A stretch of DNA of 5,644 nt from a virus. Both the position numbers and the translations under genes were made by a program. Under the pieces are notes generated by a model. It made no database searches. It was not told where the DNA came from and saw only the letters and a program-made list of their open reading frames with translations. The number at the start of each line of letters is the position of its first letter. Position 1 is the stretch's first letter. This document shows positions 1 to 4,833 of the stretch, in pieces. Location of the stretch: the IMG/VR virus record IMGVR_UViG_3300045988_000393, positions 1 to 5,644 of that record, one strand, 5' to 3'.

Positions 1-55
1 GGAAAATCGCACGGCGGCGGCGGCGGAAGAAGAAGGTGAAAAAATGGGATGCAGT
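1..55. repeat. Terminal redundancy, copy 1 (identical to 5590-5644). This is an assembly signature of a circular genome with a 5,589-nt unit.
   Basis: I compared the two ends base by base. 'ggaaaatcgcacggcggcggcggcggaagaagaaggtgaaaaaatgggatgcagt' occurs at 1-55 and again at 5590-5644. Positions 1-39 read in frame as GKSHGGGGGRRR*, which is the C-terminus of the 4834..5628 ORF. The ATG at 44 corresponds to the ATG at 5633. Confidence 0.95.
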
Positions 56-1066
56 AGGCCATTAATCCGGTTCTATTCTCCTGAAAACAAAGAAGCCAGC
101 GGCAGGGTTTACACCCTGTCGCGTTTTTGTGAGGAGAGAGCACACAAAAAACTTAAATATGAAGATTTGATGTACAGAACGGACGTAATGTTAATACCAT
201 GTGGACAGTGTATAGGATGTAGAATCGCACAACGTGAAGACTGGACAACAAGAATTGAAATGGAAGCAAGAGGATATCCGAAAAATCAAGTATGGTTTGT
301 TACACTAACATACGATGATGACCACGTACCGGGCATGATCGTAAAAACGGGTGAAATCCTCAGAAAAGTACAATACACATGGAGACCGGGCGCAGAGCGT
401 CCAGAAAGCGTGCAAATCTTACTCTATACAGATATCCAAAAATTTATAAAAAGGCTCAGAAAAGCCACAGGAGACGAGCTAAGATACTTTTGTGCGGGTG
501 AATACGGAGAAAAAACAGCAAGACCACACTACCACATGATTTTGTACGGTTGGAAACCAACAGACCTTGAACCAATCTACAAAAAAAGATGTAACGGTTA
601 CTTTACAAGTAAAACAATGGCAGACCTATGGGGGATGGGTCAAATTCAGATAGCACAAGCAGTGCCAGAAACCTATAGATATGTTGCAGGGTATGTTACA
701 AAAAAAATGTACGAAATTGACGGAAAAAAAGCAAACTCGTACTACGATTTAGGCCAGCCAAAACCATTTGCAAAAATGTCACTAAAACCGGGCATCGGAG
801 ATAAATGGTACAAAGAGCACAAAGAAGAAATCTGGAAACAGGGCTATATTCAGTGCACAAACGGAAAAAGAGCAAGAATACCACGATTTTACGAAAAACA
901 AATGGAAGCAGAAGACCCAATGAGACTGTGGCAGATTAAAAAAGAAAGACAAGCAAAAATCATAGCAACCAACCGCTACACATACCAAAACAAAGACTAT
1001 GCAGAAGATTTAAAAACAAAAGAGAGAATAACCAAAAAGAAAATGCACGCATCTGGAAAGCTTTAA
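44..1066 (+). CDS. VP4: Replication initiation protein VP4: Microviridae gpA-like HUH rolling-circle endonuclease, 340 aa.
   Basis: Cys cluster PCGQCIGCR (aa 52-60). Motif 1 FVTLTY (aa 85-90, nt 296-313). HUH motif PHYHMILYG (aa 161-169; HYH at nt 527-535). Double-tyrosine motif YVAGYVTKK (aa 213-221, nt 680-706), comparable to the phiX174 gpA YVAKYVNK active site. SD AAGGTGA (33-39) lies 4 nt upstream of the ATG and overlaps the VP2 stop codon. Confidence 0.92.
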   Translation: MGCSRPLIRFYSPENKEASGRVYTLSRFCEERAHKKLKYEDLMYRTDVMLIPCGQCIGCRIAQREDWTTRIEMEARGYPKNQVWFVTLTYDDDHVPGMIVKTGEILRKVQYTWRPGAERPESVQILLYTDIQKFIKRLRKATGDELRYFCAGEYGEKTARPHYHMILYGWKPTDLEPIYKKRCNGYFTSKTMADLWGMGQIQIAQAVPETYRYVAGYVTKKMYEIDGKKANSYYDLGQPKPFAKMSLKPGIGDKWYKEHKEEIWKQGYIQCTNGKRARIPRFYEKQMEAEDPMRLWQIKKERQAKIIATNRYTYQNKDYAEDLKTKERITKKKMHASGKL

Positions 1067-1077
1067 GCGGTGTCACC

Positions 1078-1120
1078 TAGCCAAGTACCTATCAAGTAAG
1101 GTACTTGGCTATATTATTTT
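1078..1120 (+). terminator. Perfect 13-bp-stem hairpin followed by a T-rich tract. Putative intrinsic terminator ending the genome-length transcription unit; alternatively an ssDNA structural element.
   Basis: TAGCCAAGTACCT (1078-1090) is the exact reverse complement of AGGTACTTGGCTA (1099-1111). The loop is ATCAAGTA (8 nt), followed by TATTATTTT (1112-1120). The element begins 12 nt after the VP4 stop (TAA 1064-1066). Confidence 0.5.
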
Positions 1121-1182
1121 ATCAGCACGCGCGCGCACGCGCGTGTAATTAATCAGCACGCGCGCGCACGCGCGTGTAATTA
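1121..1182. repeat. Perfect 31-bp tandem direct repeat (x2). Each copy contains a GC-rich palindrome and a 23-nt alternating purine-pyrimidine tract.
   Basis: ATCAGCACGCGCGCGCACGCGCGTGTAATTA occurs at 1121-1151 and again at 1152-1182 with no mismatch. In each copy CACGCGCG / loop CGCA / CGCGCGTG forms an 8-bp stem (1126-1145 and 1157-1176). The strictly alternating Pu-Py runs are 1125-1147 and 1156-1178. The surrounding sequence is AT-rich (TTA/TTT runs). Confidence 0.9.
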
Positions 1183-1218
1183 TTATTATTTATTTGTTGT
1201 AGCCGTAGTAGTAGAGTA

Positions 1219-1384
1219 CGTGGAAAAGTTGAAAACAGATAATTTTGAACGTTAGAACGTTAAAAAACGGTAAAAGCAAACGTTGAAAGATTTGTTGAAA
1301 AAATGTTAAAATGTTAAAACGCTCTGTTATGCTAAAGTTTAACAATGTGGAAATGTTGAAAACTCTGTGGAAAATGTTGAAAAC
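1219..1384. repeat. Iteron-like array of about 10 copies of GT(T/G)(G/A)AAA, including three copies of a 17-18-bp composite unit, plus three AACGTT palindromes.
   Basis: Core motif starts at 1220, 1228, 1282, 1294, 1305, 1313, 1347, 1355, 1367 and 1376. Composite unit GTGGAAA(A)(T)GTTGAAAAC occurs at 1220-1236, 1347-1363 and 1367-1384. Tandem GAACGTTA x2 at 1247-1262, with a third AACGTT at 1279-1284. A-tracts recur at roughly 8-12-bp spacing. Confidence 0.8.
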
Positions 1385-1405
1385 GCCTGCAGCGGGCATC
1401 TGTTT

Positions 1406-1443
1406 GCTTTGTCAAAATTTTTTACAAAAAACCTTGACAAAGC
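1406..1443. promoter_or_regulatory. 10-bp perfect inverted repeat (operator-like or hairpin) whose right arm contains the -35 box.
   Basis: GCTTTGTCAA (1406-1415) is the reverse complement of TTGACAAAGC (1434-1443). The intervening 18 nt contain T6 (1418-1423) and A6 (1426-1431), which can also pair. Confidence 0.6.
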
Positions 1444-1462
1444 GAACAGAAATTTATACAAT
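1434..1462 (+). promoter_or_regulatory. Sigma70-type promoter: -35 TTGACA, 17-nt spacer, -10 TACAAT.
   Basis: TTGACA at 1434-1439 (6/6 consensus). Spacer 1440-1456 is 17 nt. TACAAT at 1457-1462 (5/6). It sits about 90 nt upstream of the first gene of the co-oriented gene block and downstream of an A-tract-rich region. No gene lies between it and the upstream terminator-like hairpin. Confidence 0.65.
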
Positions 1463-1551
1463 ACAGAAAAGAGGTGAAAGCTATTCAAACGCTTGTTACC
1501 CAACATTCAATGGCTTATGAAAATACGCAAAGATAAAAGAGGATTAACAAA

Positions 1552-1941
1552 ATGATTAAATGCTATATCATGGATACAGACGCAAATGAAAATGTTGGCA
1601 AACACTTTAAAGTAAAAGAATTTGCGTGCAAAGATGGTTCACAGGTGGTTTTCATCGACAGTTATCTAGTATCAATTCTGGACATTCTCAGAAACCAAGT
1701 TGGAAAGCCAGTACACATAAACAGTGGATACCGGACACCGACAAGGAATAAAACGGTAGGCGGTGCAAAGTACTCATACCATATGCGGGGAATGGCCGCA
1801 GACATTCGGGTTGATGGCATGACCGCAATAGAAATCGCCAACAAACTGGAAAAAATCATCCCGTGCGGCTGCGGCATCATCGTATACAGTACATGGGTAC
1901 ACATCGACACGCGCACCAAAGCATACAGAAAGGGGGTGTAA
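1552..1941 (+). CDS. Peptidase M15A (Peptidase_M15_3 / LAS-fold zinc D-Ala-D-Ala carboxypeptidase-like) peptidoglycan hydrolase; putative endolysin, 129 aa.
   Basis: Family signature SGYRTPTRN...GG...SYHMRGMAAD, i.e. S-x-H-x-x-G-x-A-x-D with H77 and D84, plus the C-terminal WVHID (H117, D119). These are the H/D/H zinc ligands of the LAS enzymes. The N-terminal FKVKEFACKDG is typical of the family. SD AAGAGGA (1537-1543) lies 8 nt upstream of the ATG. No N-terminal signal peptide or TM segment. Confidence 0.88.
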   Translation: MIKCYIMDTDANENVGKHFKVKEFACKDGSQVVFIDSYLVSILDILRNQVGKPVHINSGYRTPTRNKTVGGAKYSYHMRGMAADIRVDGMTAIEIANKLEKIIPCGCGIIVYSTWVHIDTRTKAYRKGV

Positions 1942-1945
1942 ACAA

Positions 1946-2062
1946 ATGGCTCTTATCAGTATCAAAGACGTCAAGCAGGCAATCAAAATCATGATGCAAA
2001 TTCTGGAAAAGCTGGACGAAATCTATCACGCACTGCACGACCAGCCGAACGAAAAGGAGTAA
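1946..2062 (+). CDS. Small hypothetical protein, 38 aa (MALISIKDVKQAIKIMMQILEKLDEIYHALHDQPNEKE). Not in the supplied ORF track.
   Basis: ATG at 1946 lies 4 nt after the peptidase stop and is preceded by SD AAGGGGGTG (1929-1937). The reading frame fills the whole inter-ORF gap. Its last codons carry the SD (AAGGAG, 2054-2059) of the next gene. The sequence looks like an amphipathic helix and I recognise no homology. Confidence 0.4.
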   Translation: MALISIKDVKQAIKIMMQILEKLDEIYHALHDQPNEKE

Positions 2063-2068
2063 ACAAAG

Positions 2069-2296
2069 ATGATTGCAAAATCATGGAACGTCAGAGACCA
2101 GACCGAAAATGAATTAAGATTTCAAGAAGAAAAACTTTATACAAACATCGAAGCAAAGTACAGGCTCATAAAAAAAGTATCCAAAATCGAAGATGCAAAA
2201 AAAATCATCGATGAAATATGGAGAATGAAAAAATGGGCAAACGACATAGAATTAGAGCTAATGAGAAGGGAGTTCAACAATGGCGCATCGGAGTAG
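2069..2296 (+). CDS. Hypothetical protein, 75 aa, charged and helical (coiled-coil-like).
   Basis: ATG at 2069 with SD AAGGAG (2054-2059) 9 nt upstream. Same strand and same packing as its neighbours. No recognisable motif. Confidence 0.5.
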   Translation: MIAKSWNVRDQTENELRFQEEKLYTNIEAKYRLIKKVSKIEDAKKIIDEIWRMKKWANDIELELMRREFNNGASE

Positions 2297-2399
2297 AACC
2301 ACGAAGAGTAAGGACGGAAAGGTATTCAACCAGACCGCAAACAAAACGAAACGTATCAACGTTCAGAGTAAGCCAATGCGGGGGGGTACACGGCTGTGA
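2280..2399 (+). CDS. Small basic DNA-binding/packaging peptide, J-like / gokushovirus VP8 (ORF8)-like, 39 aa (MAHRSRTTKSKDGKVFNQTANKTKRINVQSKPMRGGTRL). Not in the supplied ORF track.
   Basis: Hand translation from ATG 2280 to TGA 2397-2399. SD AAGGGAG (2266-2272) lies 7 nt upstream. There are 10 K/R in 39 aa. The layout is an N-terminal basic patch, then 'F..TA', then a C-terminal PMRGG-x-RL. This matches my recollection of the small arginine/lysine-rich proteins of gokushoviruses. The stop overlaps the next gene's GTG start (GTGA). Confidence 0.6.
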   Translation: MAHRSRTTKSKDGKVFNQTANKTKRINVQSKPMRGGTRL

Positions 2400-2638
2400 T
2401 TCATAACTATTACACAATCAGAGACAAAGTTGCAAAAAAATTTGTACACGTCTGCGAGAGCGAAAACGACCAGACCATGGAACGAATGTGCAGAATCCTT
2501 GAGAAGGATGAAAAATCATTCATTGGACAGAGCGCAGGAGACTATGTTGCATATCTGTGTGCGAAGTTCAACGACGAAAACGGCGAATTTCAGAAAGTAG
2601 AACTTACCAAAGTATGGGAAGGTAAAACCAATGAGTAA
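2396..2638 (+). CDS. VP5-like non-structural protein (gokushovirus ORF5 family; proposed ssDNA synthesis/packaging role), 80 aa, GTG start.
   Basis: The N-terminus YYTIRDKVAKKF...ENDQTMERM and the later DYVAYLCAKFNDENGEF fit the remembered VP5 pattern (Y-x-[IV]-x-D-x-K-A..F ... ND..A.R.F ... ED[FY].L..[IV]G.[FY]D..TG). GTG at 2396 is the only start codon after the in-frame stop at 2369-2371. A G7 run (2380-2386) 9 nt upstream may act as an SD. Confidence 0.55.
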   Translation: MIHNYYTIRDKVAKKFVHVCESENDQTMERMCRILEKDEKSFIGQSAGDYVAYLCAKFNDENGEFQKVELTKVWEGKTNE

Positions 2639-3062
2639 AGTATACAGCAGATACAACCTGCCACCGAAAGAAGCAAGCACAGCAGGAGAACGAACACGAG
2701 ACACATACAAGTGGACAATGAACGAAAAAGGGGAAAAAGAACTAAAGCGCGATGCAGACATCGACCGGCAGGCTGAAATTCAATCATATGCCGAAGAATG
2801 CGACATTAAAAACATCGTGGCAAGAGCAGCATTTGACCCGAATTTTGCACAAGCACTAGCAAGTGGAGCAATGGACGGAAGCAACGTAGATATCACAGAT
2901 TACCCAGAAAACATCCACGAGCTTAAAAAGATGGCAGAAAAAGCAGGAAAAACCATCGAAGAAATCAATACAGAACTAAACAAACCGAAAAAAGAAGAAG
3001 AAGCAGAACCGAAAGAAGCAGAACCAAAAAAAGAAGAGGTGAAGCAGATTGAACCGGAATAA
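2631..3062 (+). CDS. VP3: Internal scaffolding protein VP3-like, 143 aa, with a low-complexity K/E/P-rich C-terminal tail.
   Basis: Size, position immediately upstream of and overlapping VP1, and a central segment (EIQSYAEECDIKNIVARA) resembling gokushovirus VP3. The ATG overlaps the preceding stop (ATGAGTAA). SD-like GGGAAGGT (2616-2623). Confidence 0.65.
   Translation: MSKVYSRYNLPPKEASTAGERTRDTYKWTMNEKGEKELKRDADIDRQAEIQSYAEECDIKNIVARAAFDPNFAQALASGAMDGSNVDITDYPENIHELKKMAEKAGKTIEEINTELNKPKKEEEAEPKEAEPKKEEVKQIEPE
3000..3029 (+). repeat. In-frame 15-nt tandem repeat inside the VP3 tail (EAEPK x2).
   Basis: GAAGCAGAACCGAAA (3000-3014) and GAAGCAGAACCAAAA (3015-3029) differ by one synonymous base. 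Confidence 0.85.
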
Positions 3063-4794
3063 CGAAGCACATTTTAACCAAATTCCAAAGACACACATCA
3101 GCCGTTCGAGATTCAAGCGGGACCAGAATGTGAAATTCACGTTTGACGCCGGAAAGTTAATCCCATTTTATGTGGATGAAGTGCTGCCGGGTGACACATT
3201 CAGTGTAGACACGGCAGGCCTTGTGCGTATGACCACGCCAATCTTCCCGGTAATGGACAATGCATACTTAGATGTATACTATTTCTTCGTACCTAACCGG
3301 ATTGTATGGGACCACTGGAAAGAATTCATGGGTGAAAACACAACCGGAGCATGGGAACAGAAAACAGAATACAGCGTACCGCAACAGTACCTAACAGGAT
3401 ATACCATGAAAAACGAAACAGACATAGAAGCATCACCAATTGGAACAGTACCAGAAGAAGAATCCATACTCGACTATATGGGCATCCCAACAAAGTGCAA
3501 TCGATTACCCGCAATTACACCTGAAGAAGCAAAAAAAGACATCAGTATAAACGCACTACCAATCAGGGGATATGTAAAAATCTGGAACGAATGGTTTAGG
3601 GAACAAAACTTAACAGACCCAGTAAAAGAACTAAAAGACGATAAACCAGAGGTATATGTAAAACTGGACAAAAGTCACGAATGGACAGACACACAGAAAA
3701 ACTTAACCGCAGCAACGGGCGGAGAGCCGCTGCCTGTCGCAAAATATCACGACTACTTTACAAGTGCACTGCCGGCACCACAAAAGGGGCCAAGCGTAGC
3801 TATCGGAATCAGCGGAGATGCAAGATTACAATGGTCATTTACAGTAGAAGAGCTGCAGAACTATGGAATCATGACAAGCAACGGCGCAACGCACCTTGTA
3901 CCGGCAAGTGGCAACACTTTAGGAGCGCCGACAAGGGCCGACACAAACGGACTTCCGCGCGTGTTACTGGGAAAAGATTCGGGCGGCACGAGTACATGGG
4001 TACCGATGCAAGCACGTCTTGACAATGTAGAAGCAGCAACAGTAAACCAACTGCGAGAAGCATTTGCAATACAGCACTACTACGAAGCACTTGCACGTGG
4101 CGGCAGTCGATACAGAGAAATTATTCGCAGCGTGTTTGGAACGCTTATTTCAGATAAAACGGTGCAGATTCCTGAATATCTGGGCGGCGGTCGTTATCCC
4201 ATCAATATGTCTCAGGTTGTACAGACGAGTAGCACAACGGCAGACAGTCCGCAGGGCAACACGGCTGCAATCAGTGTAACACCATTCAATGAAAACAGCT
4301 TTACAAAATCGTTCGAGGAACACGGGTTCATCATCGGTGTATGCTGCGTAAGACACGACCACACGTATCAGCAGGGTATCGAAAGAATGTGGAGCAGACA
4401 GGACGCACTAGACTACTACTATCCACAGTTCGCAAATCTGGGCGAGCAGCCTGTAAAAGTCAAAGAAATCTATACGGGAAAAGAACTCACAAAAGCAAAT
4501 ACAGAAGAAGTGTTTGGTTACCAAGAGGCATGGAGCGAATACAGAATGAAGCCTAACAGAGTAGCGGGCAAATTCCGCTCAAACGCAACAGGCACATTGG
4601 ACACGTGGCACTATGCTGACAACTACGACAAGCGGCCATATCTGTCAGACGAATGGATTAAGGAAGGAAAGCAAGAAATTCAGCGTACTCTTGCAGTACA
4701 GGACGAGCCGCAGTTTATTGCAGATTTTCTAATTCAAAACAATACAACCAGACCGATGCCGCTTTACAGCGTGCCGGGTCTCGAAAAACTGTAA
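3049..4794 (+). CDS. VP1: Major capsid protein VP1 (Microviridae F-protein family), 581 aa, TTG start.
   Basis: The N-terminus FNQIPKTHISRSRFKRDQNVKFTFDAGKLIPFYVDEVLPGDTF is the characteristic VP1/F N-terminal signature (RS.F ... T...G.L.P....EVLPGDT). Length is typical for the family. The in-frame stop at 3040-3042 leaves TTG 3049 as the only start upstream of the conserved motif. SD GAGGTG (3036-3041) lies 7 nt upstream. Confidence 0.93.
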   Translation: MNRNNEAHFNQIPKTHISRSRFKRDQNVKFTFDAGKLIPFYVDEVLPGDTFSVDTAGLVRMTTPIFPVMDNAYLDVYYFFVPNRIVWDHWKEFMGENTTGAWEQKTEYSVPQQYLTGYTMKNETDIEASPIGTVPEEESILDYMGIPTKCNRLPAITPEEAKKDISINALPIRGYVKIWNEWFREQNLTDPVKELKDDKPEVYVKLDKSHEWTDTQKNLTAATGGEPLPVAKYHDYFTSALPAPQKGPSVAIGISGDARLQWSFTVEELQNYGIMTSNGATHLVPASGNTLGAPTRADTNGLPRVLLGKDSGGTSTWVPMQARLDNVEAATVNQLREAFAIQHYYEALARGGSRYREIIRSVFGTLISDKTVQIPEYLGGGRYPINMSQVVQTSSTTADSPQGNTAAISVTPFNENSFTKSFEEHGFIIGVCCVRHDHTYQQGIERMWSRQDALDYYYPQFANLGEQPVKVKEIYTGKELTKANTEEVFGYQEAWSEYRMKPNRVAGKFRSNATGTLDTWHYADNYDKRPYLSDEWIKEGKQEIQRTLAVQDEPQFIADFLIQNNTTRPMPLYSVPGLEKL

Positions 4795-4805
4795 AGAAAG
4801 GAGAA

Positions 4806-4830
4806 GCCCGGAGAAATCCGGGCAATTTTT
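4806..4830 (+). terminator. GC-rich hairpin with a GAAA tetraloop plus T5 tract between VP1 and VP2. Putative leaky intrinsic terminator, attenuator or mRNA stabiliser.
   Basis: GCCCGGA (4806-4812) / GAAA (4813-4816) / TCCGGGC (4817-4823) forms a perfect 7-bp stem, followed by AATTTTT (4824-4830). It lies between the VP1 stop (4792-4794) and the VP2 ATG (4834). Confidence 0.55.
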
Positions 4831-4833
4831 AAA

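Noticed and set aside
1-55. The terminal direct repeats (1-55 and 5590-5644) considered as LTR/DTR ends of a linear or mobile element.
   Set aside because: The repeat lies inside coding sequence (VP2 3' end and VP4 5' end), and both genes are completed only by circular joining. This is the usual overlap artefact of assembling a circular genome.
1121-1182. The 31-bp palindromic direct repeats considered as a mini CRISPR array.
   Set aside because: There are only two copies, directly abutting with no spacer. There are no cas genes, and the context is a 5.6-kb virus. This is a tandem duplication, not a CRISPR array.
1387-1415. A TTGACA on the minus strand (complement of 1410-1415, the left arm of the inverted repeat) considered as a divergent promoter.
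   Set aside because: At 17-nt spacing the minus strand reads CTGCAG, which is not -10-like. There is also no credible minus-strand gene for it to drive.
1311-1520. 69-aa + strand ORF across the intergenic region, with a repeated 'MLK' motif.
   Set aside because: The repeated MLK simply translates the ATGTTGAAAAC iterons. There is no SD upstream of ATG 1311. The ORF runs straight through the inverted repeat and the consensus promoter (1434-1462), so it would lie largely upstream of the predicted transcription start.
2218-2406. 62-aa Arg-rich ORF in the supplied track.
   Set aside because: It lies almost wholly inside the 75-aa ORF and the J-like gene, in a third frame, and has no SD. The 39-aa frame (2280..2399) has an ideal SD, a recognisable J/VP8-like layout and a stop-start overlap with the next gene. 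It explains this interval better.
3681-4556. Three + strand alternative-frame ORFs nested in VP1: 3681..4022 (very basic), 4064..4279 (TTG start, with one hydrophobic stretch FLNIWAAVVIPSICL) and 4341..4556. I considered them as phiX174-E-like embedded lysis or holin genes.
   Set aside because: There is no convincing SD in front of any of them, and 4064 uses TTG with only a weak GAGAAG nearby. The K/R richness is the expected by-product of frame-shifting A/G-rich codons. The hydrophobic stretch is short and contains charged flanks within it. This is worth only a conservation check (suppressed synonymous variation in VP1), not a call.
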